NCBI GenBank assembly: GCA_016839705.1
Contig: JAEOTR010000035.1
Span: 32,001-96,000 of the forward strand
Source: Promethearchaeota archaeon
GTDB lineage: Archaea; Asgardarchaeota; Lokiarchaeia; Sigyniarchaeales; SOKP01
DNA: 64,000 nt
Direction of reading: 5' to 3'
A model generated the notes under the pieces. That model was not told where the DNA came from, searched no databases, and worked only from the letters and a program-made list of their open reading frames with translations. A program made the position numbers and the translations under genes. Shown here piece by piece: positions 41,856 to 50,695 of this stretch. How positions within the stretch are numbered: the first letter of the stretch is position 1; every line of letters starts with the position of its first letter.

Positions 41856-42518
41856 TTACCAAATTTCGAATTTTTCATCAAGTTTAGTAGTAAAAACAAG
41901 CAAGTATGGAATCAGAAGATCTAATGCACTTTGCCAGGCATTGATTAAAGGTGCCCCTATCAGGATTGCTGTCATGCCTGTTATTTGAGGTAACCCTAGA
42001 AATTCTAAAGTTATTATATTAGCATATATTGCGAAAACTGTCAAATAGACAATAATATTGAAGAGTTCCATTACGACAATACGCAGAGCAGTACCTCCTA
42101 CACCATAGATAACATAATTTTTTGGCTCTTTCAATTTTTGACTGTTTATTATTCCTGGTTTTCTTTTATACAATTTTAAAAATATAATGGGCACTATAAT
42201 TAGAGAAATCGTAGCAGCTAGTTTCATTGAAGGACCAATCCATCCTGTAAAATCAAACGGCATTAGTCCAACTGCACCGATAACACTACACAAGATGCCT
42301 GCTCTCACACCAAATATTAATAAACACGCAATCCATATGATTGAAATAGGATCTATAATTGCGATAAACCAACCCGCAATTCTTGGTATATTAGGAGCAA
42401 GGATCGCCCCCGCAACTATAGATAAAGCTCCAAAAATAGCTGCTCCAGCTATTTCTATTATTAATTGTGATGAAATACTCCTAATTACTTCTTTTTCTCC
42501 AGGTTTTATTTCAGACAT
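41856..42518 (-). CDS. ECF transporter S-component-like membrane protein
   Basis: About 6 TM; IDPISI...FGVRAG pattern. Confidence 0.6.
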   Translation of the reverse strand: MSEIKPGEKEVIRSISSQLIIEIAGAAIFGALSIVAGAILAPNIPRIAGWFIAIIDPISIIWIACLLIFGVRAGILCSVIGAVGLMPFDFTGWIGPSMKLAATISLIIVPIIFLKLYKRKPGIINSQKLKEPKNYVIYGVGGTALRIVVMELFNIIVYLTVFAIYANIITLEFLGLPQITGMTAILIGAPLINAWQSALDLLIPYLLVFTTKLDEKFEIW

Positions 42519-42763
42519 TTTTTATCTTAACCTAATCAATTTTTTATTTGTAAAAGTCGGGAGTTTATATTTAAATTTATGGGTAAGAGTAAGTCTAATT
42601 ATTTTGAACGTATTTTAATTTCGTGATAGTAAACATAAATTATTTAGATAAATCTCTTATTTAATTGGATATTTCCTTTCTAGAATAGGTCAATTTCAAA
42701 TGATTTTGCGATACTCTTACATTTTTAAATTTTTAATCTACTCATTTTTGGAGAATTAAAATA

Positions 42764-44116
42764 CTATTTTAACAACTTTTTTTCTTTTGCATCTAAATCT
42801 AGCCAATCAGCAATATTTTTGAGTTGTTTTCGTGATGATCCGCATAAAATTTTTAAAAAAGGGAGTAAAGATTGAATGAAATCAATCTGGGAAATCTCAT
42901 ATTTTTTGTTTAGTTTATTTACTAATTCTTTCTGAGCACTAGTCAAAGAGTAGAATCCTCCAGAAGAGTATCTTGGAAAAACTACTCTTCGAAAACCTTT
43001 TGCTTCAGGAGTCTCGTTTCTAGACAAAGCAACCCCGCCTGCAAAGAGGTCAAAGAAATAAGGTAATAAACCCCAGTATTGATTTATACGGATTCTCCCA
43101 AAGATTTCGTCAGCTAATGAAAGATTTTCATAAGCATCAACAAGCTCTCTGTTAGTTTTTATGAAAGTAGGAAGGTTTTCATTGACCCATTTATATAAGA
43201 AATTATAATCAACGTCAGATTTATCAGTTAAGTTTCGAGCCTCTCTTAAGGAAGATACACGAAATAAATCTCGTATTAAAGAAAAGATTTCTTCTAGCGA
43301 ATCCCGACGTAGGCTAAGGATTAATTCCTTGACATTACCTTCTATCTTACCTTGACTAATACCCTGAATATCATTGATAACACCTCTTAGATCACCATTA
43401 TTCTTCTCAATTATTAATTCTAAATCCTCTTCTTTAAGTTGGGTTATATTTTCTTTTTTGAGGATACTGCGAATTATTCTTAAGACTTCTTCTTTAGATA
43501 AGCGATTTACCTCAAATCTAGGTATCTTATTATAGAGTGGCTGAAGATTGGTCTTATACTCGTTTGAACACATTATAATAGGAAATTGTGTGTTCTCGAT
43601 TAAATCAAGAATAGTTGGAACGGCACCACGATCTTGGACTCCATATATACCGTCTATCTCATCAATCAGGATAAGTTTCTCCTTAGATTGAGTTATGAAG
43701 TCCATTATCCCTCGAGATTTCGTAGTTTCTTTCAATTTTTTTTCTAATGTTGCTCTTGTTCGTGTATCAGAAGCATTGGTTTCTACTACTTCCATATTAA
43801 GATCGTTAGCAAGCGCATATACAATTGAAGTCTTCCCAATACCTGGTGGTCCTTCTAGTAAGATTGCTGCTTTATCAAATTTAATTTTTAACTTTTCCTT
43901 TTGCTCCTTTTCTATAACAGTTCTATTAAATGCCTTAATCCTATTATTTTCCTGATTTATTCTTTTCCGTTCATTGAAGAAATTTCTTACAAATTTGGTT
44001 AATTCTTCAGGAAGTTTAACTCTTTGATTCCCCACCCTTGCTGTAGGTAATGCCATATCTTTAAGACTTTTTGGTCTATATTTTTCAACCCATGGCATCT
44101 CTATCGTATTAGACAT
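42764..44116 (-). CDS. rfcL: Replication factor C large subunit
   Basis: PWVEKYRP, GPPGIGKTS, NASDTR, LIDEIDG, GDLRGVIND. Confidence 0.92.
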   Translation of the reverse strand: MSNTIEMPWVEKYRPKSLKDMALPTARVGNQRVKLPEELTKFVRNFFNERKRINQENNRIKAFNRTVIEKEQKEKLKIKFDKAAILLEGPPGIGKTSIVYALANDLNMEVVETNASDTRTRATLEKKLKETTKSRGIMDFITQSKEKLILIDEIDGIYGVQDRGAVPTILDLIENTQFPIIMCSNEYKTNLQPLYNKIPRFEVNRLSKEEVLRIIRSILKKENITQLKEEDLELIIEKNNGDLRGVINDIQGISQGKIEGNVKELILSLRRDSLEEIFSLIRDLFRVSSLREARNLTDKSDVDYNFLYKWVNENLPTFIKTNRELVDAYENLSLADEIFGRIRINQYWGLLPYFFDLFAGGVALSRNETPEAKGFRRVVFPRYSSGGFYSLTSAQKELVNKLNKKYEISQIDFIQSLLPFLKILCGSSRKQLKNIADWLDLDAKEKKLLK

Positions 44117-44125
44117 TATATTCAC

Positions 44126-45172
44126 CTACAGATTCTCACTAAATAAACATAATTTTGATAATAAAGCAGAAATTTGGATATCATCATCTCTACCATCAAG
44201 CGCTCTAAAATCTGCTTCAGCTATTAAATCGATTATATTACATCTCACATATTTACTTAAAGGCAACTTATTCATTTCTATAAGTAAATTATTAAAAACT
44301 TCATGAGCGTTATACTTATAGCTAGAAACTATTTTACGAGCTAACTCCCTTGATTTTGGAAAATCACCTTTTAAGGCTAATAATAGCAGATTTTTTATCT
44401 GGTCGTTTTTAAATTTTTGAGCATTTTCAAATACAATATTTTTATCGATTTCATTTCCTCTTACACTACATAGTTGTAGGATATCTATAGCTTGAGAAAT
44501 CTTACCTTTGGAGATTTTATACAAAATTTCAATGACTTCTTCTGTAATTTGTAATACTTCTTTATCGGCAATTTCTGATATCAAATTTTTAAAGTTCTCA
44601 AATTTAACTCGAGATATTAGAAAAATCTGGCATCTACTTATAATGGGATCAATAATACTTGAAATTTTGGTTGTAATTAATATCATCCTACAATTTGAAC
44701 CATAGATTTCCATTAACCTTCTGAAACCCTGTTGATTAGATCCCAACGCTTCAAAATTCTTTACAACTAAAATTTTAAAAGGAACATCCCCTAAAGCTTT
44801 CAGTTGCACAAACGGTTTAACTTTAACCTGTATAAAAGCAGGTGTTGTGATTCTTCTTCCCGCCATACTCCCGATTTTACTTGTTGAGACATATGCTTCT
44901 GATCTTGCCTGCGTTCTCTCATCTTCGCTTAGGGGAATATTTGCATATACTAGTTTAAAATTAGCATCAAAATTTTTACCAAGAAATTCTTTAGAGAATA
45001 AGGAAGCGAAAGTAGCCTTTCCTATCCCTTCAGAGCCGATAAATAGCATATGAGGAAAATTCCTCTGTGTAATTATGTTTTTTAACGCTTCTTTTATTTC
45101 TAATCTACCACAAACTTGTTCAAGGCTTTGTGGATAGTACTTTATTCTCCAAATCGGGATTTCTTCAGTCAA
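44126..45172 (-). CDS. Replication factor C small subunit 2, degenerate ATPase
   Basis: WRIKYYP, GSEGIGKAT, Walker B replaced by VVKNFEAL, IISRC retained; RFC collar domain. Confidence 0.85.
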   Translation of the reverse strand: MTEEIPIWRIKYYPQSLEQVCGRLEIKEALKNIITQRNFPHMLFIGSEGIGKATFASLFSKEFLGKNFDANFKLVYANIPLSEDERTQARSEAYVSTSKIGSMAGRRITTPAFIQVKVKPFVQLKALGDVPFKILVVKNFEALGSNQQGFRRLMEIYGSNCRMILITTKISSIIDPIISRCQIFLISRVKFENFKNLISEIADKEVLQITEEVIEILYKISKGKISQAIDILQLCSVRGNEIDKNIVFENAQKFKNDQIKNLLLLALKGDFPKSRELARKIVSSYKYNAHEVFNNLLIEMNKLPLSKYVRCNIIDLIAEADFRALDGRDDDIQISALLSKLCLFSENL

Positions 45173-45212
45173 ATTTCTATAATCTTTATTATAATTTTAT
45201 CTAAATACAATC

Positions 45213-46184
45213 TTAAATTCCCATCTTTTCAATAATTTTAGCTAAAAGTGCTGAAACCTGGATTTTTTCACTTGCTCCTTGGCTTATCCGATAATCAATT
45301 TCTCCGATATAAGCCCTTAAGGTAGGAATCTTATTTGGCTCGACATTAACTCGCGGTAATGCCTCTGTTAATTGTCTTATAAAGTTTCTACTATCAAGAG
45401 TTTCCATTGAATCAATTATTTCTCGCGATTTCCCAAAGTCTTTATTCTTTAGTGCCATAGTTAGATCTTCCAATGTTTTTTCATCCATAAATCCTGAAAT
45501 TCTTAAAATTTCGTTTAATTCTAAATTCTCTAGTAGTTCTAGTGATACTGACATCTGAAGTGTATTAATTGCTTTTCGTAAATCTCCTCCTGAAATGAAA
45601 AATAATAATTCAAAAAATTTCTCAGCTTTATCTGCGGGAATCTTCAATTTTTCATTTTTGGTAATATGCTTTAATCTTTCAATAATTTTTTCTTTGGGAA
45701 GGCCTACAAATCTGAATACTGCACATCGAGAGATAATTGGATCTATAATGCGGTTTATATAATTACATAATAAAATGAACTTAATATTCAACGATGCTTT
45801 TTCAATTATTCTTCTAAGTGCTTGTTGAACTTGACCAGGAATGTTATCCGCTTCATCTAAAATAACGAATTTTAAGGAATTCTCTTTGATGAGGTTTTGA
45901 TTAACGAAGTTCTTTAAAACATTTCTTACAAAATCTATTCTTACCGTATCAGAAGCGTTCACTTCTAATAAGTTCACGCTTAGATCTTCGTTATTAAGGA
46001 AATTTTCAGCAATGATTAAAGCAGTACTCGTTTTTCCAGTCCCCGCAGGACCTGTAAAAATCATATGGGGCATATTTGGATTCTTGATGAACTCTTTTAA
46101 ACTATTAATTGCAACGTTTTGACTTACAATATCTTCGAAAGAGTGCGGCCTGTATTTTTCAGTCCAGGGAATTTCTAAACTCAT
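45213..46184 (-). CDS. rfcS: Replication factor C small subunit 1
   Basis: PWTEKYRP, GPAGTGKT, NASD, ILDEAD, IISRC, GDLRKAIN. Confidence 0.95.
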   Translation of the reverse strand: MSLEIPWTEKYRPHSFEDIVSQNVAINSLKEFIKNPNMPHMIFTGPAGTGKTSTALIIAENFLNNEDLSVNLLEVNASDTVRIDFVRNVLKNFVNQNLIKENSLKFVILDEADNIPGQVQQALRRIIEKASLNIKFILLCNYINRIIDPIISRCAVFRFVGLPKEKIIERLKHITKNEKLKIPADKAEKFFELLFFISGGDLRKAINTLQMSVSLELLENLELNEILRISGFMDEKTLEDLTMALKNKDFGKSREIIDSMETLDSRNFIRQLTEALPRVNVEPNKIPTLRAYIGEIDYRISQGASEKIQVSALLAKIIEKMGI

Positions 46185-46208
46185 ATTTTTTAAGTATTCT
46201 GACTAGCT

Positions 46209-46673
46209 TCAATCATTATGTGTGAGGTCTAATTCTAAAACCTCATATACCTTTTTAAATTTCATTTTTTCATACAGGTTTGCCGCTTCTAAGGCTTGTT
46301 CTTTAATGTTTACTTTGACCTTTTCAACCTTAATTCTTTTAAGATGCTCCATTGCTTTCTCTAATAATTGGTGCCCTGTACCTTTACTTCTATATTCCTT
46401 TTTTAAAAAGAATTGCTTAATGTATCCTTCAGATGATCCAAACGGATCAATTCGTAATTCCGCAACAATCATACCAACTACTTCATTAGTATCTTCATCA
46501 AATGCGATGAGAATACCATGTCTTTGAAGTGGATCAAATATTCGACGACGAATTCCCCAATCAAAACGTTTTGGATCAAATTCTTGATTTAAGCCCTCAA
46601 CTAGTAGTTTCGTTAAATCTTTTAATTCCTCAATTTGCTCTGGGATAGCTATATCTACTCTTATGTTTGTCAT
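46209..46673 (-). CDS. GNAT acetyltransferase
   Basis: YRSKGTGHQLL, ANLYEKMKF. Confidence 0.88.
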   Translation of the reverse strand: MTNIRVDIAIPEQIEELKDLTKLLVEGLNQEFDPKRFDWGIRRRIFDPLQRHGILIAFDEDTNEVVGMIVAELRIDPFGSSEGYIKQFFLKKEYRSKGTGHQLLEKAMEHLKRIKVEKVKVNIKEQALEAANLYEKMKFKKVYEVLELDLTHND

Positions 46674-46928
46674 AAAAAAAAATCAACTCTAAAATTCAAG
46701 TAATAAAGTAATTATTGATACATTAAGATTTAAAATTTTCTTGACTTACACATAATAAAAAATCCTATAGTATGTTAATTTTTTTATCGAGGGTTAATTT
46801 TTTATTTTGCACTCTCGTATGACTATTTGATTTTTTAAAAAACTTTTAATATAGATTCTACAAAAGTAATGAATATCAAGGATTTACTAATTGTCAGATT
46901 GAATAAAAAATAGAGCATCAATCAAAAG

Positions 46929-47213
46929 TTAAAAATGCCTTGAGGACGTTCCATCCCAAGCTTTCACGGCGGGATCTTCAGCCCCACACGCAGGACATTT
47001 CTGATTGACTTCCCAACTCTCTAAAGCAGGATGCACTCGAGTAAATAATCCCCCACATGATTTGCAAACTAAGTATTTCGCTCCACATCCCGCACACATC
47101 TTGAGTTGGCCTTTTTCCACGAAAGGAAAAGCTCTCCTCATCCACTCATCATGTGCAAGAGAAAACTGATCTTTTCCGCAAACAGCACAGTGTTTACCAT
47201 CTTCTTGAGCCAT
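46929..47213 (-). CDS. Small protein with four CxxC pairs
   Basis: CAVC, CAGC, CKSC, CPAC. Confidence 0.8.
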   Translation of the reverse strand: MAQEDGKHCAVCGKDQFSLAHDEWMRRAFPFVEKGQLKMCAGCGAKYLVCKSCGGLFTRVHPALESWEVNQKCPACGAEDPAVKAWDGTSSRHF

Positions 47214-47429
47214 ATTTTTAACACTATTTTTTTACATTTTCTATATTATAATAATAAATAAAATACTTAATTAAAAATTAAACGATTTCGAAAAACAGAC
47301 ACAATTTAAGGTCAAATTCTTGGTTATTTTGACAGACACTTATGTGTAAAAATGGGAAAAATGTGGGAATATTGTGAAATGTCATTTTTTTCATCAAGAA
47401 GATTTATATTGATCCCAATGGTGTTATTA

Positions 47430-47701
47430 CTAGAACATTAAATAATTGCCAACCAGATTCGTTCAAATCATTTAGATCTGGAATCTCGATATTACTAAAG
47501 AAGGGAGTGTTAAATATTAGATACCCTAAGAAGGTATCTTTGTAGAAATCCTTGGAGATTAGATATGCATTAATAATTACTGGTTAATCTAAGGATCTTT
47601 CACACTTAACATTTTATCAACTCAATCAGATCTTTTCCATTTCCATATTAAGCAAAACAGAAATATCTCCTAGAAGAAAACATCTAGGAGATTTCTTTTT
47701 T
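47430..47701 (+). ncRNA. Candidate structured non-coding RNA (unknown class)
   Basis: TATA-like TTTATA at 47403; nested helices forming a three-way junction; terminal hairpin and T tract; no ORF. Confidence 0.5.
47660..47701 (+). terminator. Stem-loop followed by T tract
   Basis: ATCTCCTAGA-N7-TCTAGGAGAT followed by TTCTTTTTT. Confidence 0.6.
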
Positions 47702-47724
47702 CATTCCCATAAGATTAATATTTT

Positions 47725-48669
47725 CTACTGATTTGATGTGGTATACTCTACAACTAAACGCACAATATCTGCCTTTCGATAAGACGATAGGACTTTAATA
47801 TTTTTTTCACTACAAAATTGCTTTAATTGTTTTACTGTCCATTTTTCAAATTCGATATTCATCATATTTTCTATTGGATTTTCTGAGGATTGGGTGTTTT
47901 CTAATACTTCTATTGCTTCAATTTCTCCTAATTCTTTGTTAACATGAATTCGGAGTTTAGCGCCCTTAATTTCAAAGATTTCTTTTGGAAAACTTGTAAT
48001 TGCTTCCCACTCTTTTTCTTCTGATTGGTTGCTAAATATTTCTGTTTTTTTTATAGTTTCACCATATAGGATGTTGTTTCCAACAAGTATGTTTTTAGGT
48101 CTGAAGCTACCAAGGGTATTAGTTTTTAATATATTTTCTAAAATCTCTTGTGTTCTTCGATTCTTTTTTAAATTCTCATATGAAGGAGTTTTCTTAGCGT
48201 TGGTAGAAAAATATTTATTTAAATTATGTTTAACTAAAAATTTCTCACTCTGATTGCTCCTATTAAAGGATATACTTTCATGATTTATTATTTTTGGAGT
48301 TATGGGTGTATCGTTATCAATAATAATAGCTCTCTTTTGGAAACCAAATGTATTAAGAAATTCACTTGGTTCATCACCTTGATCAATCGAGACAATTTTA
48401 CATCGATGAAAGGATGAGGAATTCATTAGTTCTTTCTGAATTTCTGAAGCAACTCGTGAAGCTATGAATTTCTTTCTAACTGATGATGAAATTCCTTTGC
48501 ATATATAAATTCTACGAATCTCTTCCTTAACAATTATAGCAACTTGCGAAGAAAATAATATCCCTTCTCCATTATTCTGATGAAAGATTTCTTCTGTTAT
48601 ACGTAATCTACGACGCTCTCCATTATCCTCAACTTCAAAGATCATAAAATCAGTATACGTTTCTAACAT
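47725..48669 (-). CDS. Gelsolin-domain protein with C-terminal SAP/HeH-like motif (start uncertain)
   Basis: VAIIV..EIRRIYICKG..SSVRKKFIA...SIDQGDEPSEFLNTF; WTVKQLKQFC..KNI....RKADIVRLV. Confidence 0.72.
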   Translation of the reverse strand: MLETYTDFMIFEVEDNGERRRLRITEEIFHQNNGEGILFSSQVAIIVKEEIRRIYICKGISSSVRKKFIASRVASEIQKELMNSSSFHRCKIVSIDQGDEPSEFLNTFGFQKRAIIIDNDTPITPKIINHESISFNRSNQSEKFLVKHNLNKYFSTNAKKTPSYENLKKNRRTQEILENILKTNTLGSFRPKNILVGNNILYGETIKKTEIFSNQSEEKEWEAITSFPKEIFEIKGAKLRIHVNKELGEIEAIEVLENTQSSENPIENMMNIEFEKWTVKQLKQFCSEKNIKVLSSYRKADIVRLVVEYTTSNQ

Positions 48670-48816
48670 GATATTCCAATGAATTTGTACTCTTTTTATA
48701 ACTATAATCTGAGAGAGAGGGGATAATTTGTGATCTGCATTCAATAATACTTAAGACAAATGAAAAGTAGGTTAAATAAAAATAAATAATATTTAAAATT
48801 GAAAAATAAGAATGAA

Positions 48817-49140
48817 TTACATTTCTAATTTTTTTGTTTTCCCATTTCCAGACCCTTTTGGGTTGATTTTTTCTAATTCACCAATCAGCTGAAATGTCTT
48901 ATCGTCGTTTAAAGCTTCACTAAATTTAATTAGCATTTCTTTACTACCAACAAATAATCCCTTTCTCTTTAGAGGCTTTCCATCTTCCTTCAAAGGGTTA
49001 ATTTCTAAAAATAAGAGTGCCGGTCTTGTCTTTGTTGCGGGAACTTTAACAACGTTAACACCCTCTATCGGGGTTTCCATTTTTTCCCAATCTGCTCCAC
49101 TTTTTAAATGTGCTTTCAGTTGAGTTTCAATATCTGCCAT
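48817..49140 (-). CDS. Conserved archaeal hypothetical protein
   Basis: 107-aa ORF, LEINPLKEDGKPLKRKGLF; GTGA SD-like motif. Confidence 0.8.
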   Translation of the reverse strand: MADIETQLKAHLKSGADWEKMETPIEGVNVVKVPATKTRPALLFLEINPLKEDGKPLKRKGLFVGSKEMLIKFSEALNDDKTFQLIGELEKINPKGSGNGKTKKLEM

Positions 49141-49204
49141 GAATTATCACTTTCCATTTATTTTATTCAAGATTAGAATTTTTTTTTGTTAATATTTTTG
49201 TGCG

Positions 49205-49218
49205 TGTTACATGTAACA
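49205..49218. promoter_or_regulatory. Perfect 14-bp palindrome, putative operator
   Basis: TGTTACATGTAACA just downstream (minus strand) of a TATA-like box at about 49228-36. Confidence 0.55.
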
Positions 49219-49444
49219 TATAAGACTTATATAAAAATTTTTCTAAAGATAAAAAATTAAAACATAGAATTAAAGTTTCGAAATATAACCCATTTTTAAA
49301 TATAGTGAATTTTAGAGTTAAAATGTATTAAGATTAACTTTTAGGGTATTACGTCGGATTTCTTGGGGTCATTTTCCACTAAACCTTTAAATATATCACT
49401 CTCGTATATATATTTATTCAATAAAACAAATAAAACTTAGGTGA

Positions 49445-49672
49445 ATGGTTATAAAATTAATCTCAGTAAATCTACCTGAATCCTATCTAAAGGTTCTCGA
49501 GATATTAGTATCTGAAAGCAAATTTCCTAATCGTTCAGAAGCTATACGCGTTGCTATTCGCGATCTAATAAAAACAGAATATTTAATCGAAGAATCTATA
49601 GAAAGGAATATAAGTCCAAGCGTAATAGAACCAGAAATAGAAAACGAGATTCAAGAAAAATTATTTGCTTAA
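49445..49672 (+). CDS. Ribbon-helix-helix (CopG/CdrS-like) regulator
   Basis: LISVNLPESYL..LEILV....FPNRSEAIRVAIRDLI. Confidence 0.9.
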   Translation: MVIKLISVNLPESYLKVLEILVSESKFPNRSEAIRVAIRDLIKTEYLIEESIERNISPSVIEPEIENEIQEKLFA

Positions 49673-49810
49673 TCCTTATTTTTTTCTTATTTAACAAGTG
49701 TTAAATCCTTATCAAATCATACTTTGATAATAAATCACTTACTTAATTTAATAACCAGATAAATTTTAATTTAATAAAGTCACTTTACTATCCAATATAA
49801 GGTGTATAAT

Positions 49811-50689
49811 ATGACTAAAATAGCCGTTGTTTCAACAAAGCATCGAATTTATGGAGTAAATAAAACCTTAGAATTATTAGGGATTAACCCCGTTAATAAT
49901 AAAAATGTGATTTTCAAACCAAACTTTAATACAGCAGATCCTCCTCCTGCTTCAAGCTCTATGGAAACAGTCAAACAGCTTCTCATTAAAATAAAGGAAA
50001 TGGGTGCGAAATCCATCACAGTGGCAGAACGTAGTGGTCCAGCTAAAACTTCTGAAACATTTAAAAAAAAAGGATTATACAAACTAGCTGAAGAATTAGA
50101 TTTTAAGATAGTGGATCTCACAGCTGTACCAGAAGAGGAGTATGTTCTTAAAAAACCTCGAAGTTGTCATTGGAAGGATGGATTTCTTTTTGCTAAAATA
50201 TATGACGAAGCCGAATGTGTTGTGGAAACGTGTTGTTTAAAAACTCATATGTATGGTGGTCATTTTACTATGTCACTAAAAAACGCAGTTGGGTTAGTAA
50301 ATCAAAAATATATGAGTGAATTACACTCCTCAAAAGACCAACGTAAGATGATTGCGGAAATTAATAGTGTATACAAACCAGAGTTAATCATAATGGATGG
50401 AATTACTTGTTTTGTAGATCAGGGGCCAATGATAGGTACTTGCAAAGAATTAAATGTTTTTGTTGGTGGTACTGATAAGGTGGCTATTGATGTAGTTGGA
50501 GTTGCACTATTGAGAATACTTGGAACAACCCCAGAGGTGACTAACGGCTCGATTTTTGAGCAAGACCAAATTAAAAGAGCCGTGGAACTAGGAATAGGTA
50601 TAAATTCACCAGATGATATTGAGTTCATAACAGAATCAGAAGAATCTAAAAATTTGGTTGCCCAAATCAAAAATAAGTTGGCAGAATAA
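49811..50689 (+). CDS. DUF362 family protein
   Basis: VIFKPNFN, LKTHMYGGHFTMSLKN, IMDG, DKVAID. Confidence 0.85.
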   Translation: MTKIAVVSTKHRIYGVNKTLELLGINPVNNKNVIFKPNFNTADPPPASSSMETVKQLLIKIKEMGAKSITVAERSGPAKTSETFKKKGLYKLAEELDFKIVDLTAVPEEEYVLKKPRSCHWKDGFLFAKIYDEAECVVETCCLKTHMYGGHFTMSLKNAVGLVNQKYMSELHSSKDQRKMIAEINSVYKPELIIMDGITCFVDQGPMIGTCKELNVFVGGTDKVAIDVVGVALLRILGTTPEVTNGSIFEQDQIKRAVELGIGINSPDDIEFITESEESKNLVAQIKNKLAE

Positions 50690-50695
50690 AGAATT

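Noticed and set aside
47430-47701. SRP RNA, RNase P RNA, SECIS or known riboswitch identity for the structured region
   Set aside because: Diagnostic conserved motifs are not visible and no flanking gene shows an in-frame UGA; left as unknown class
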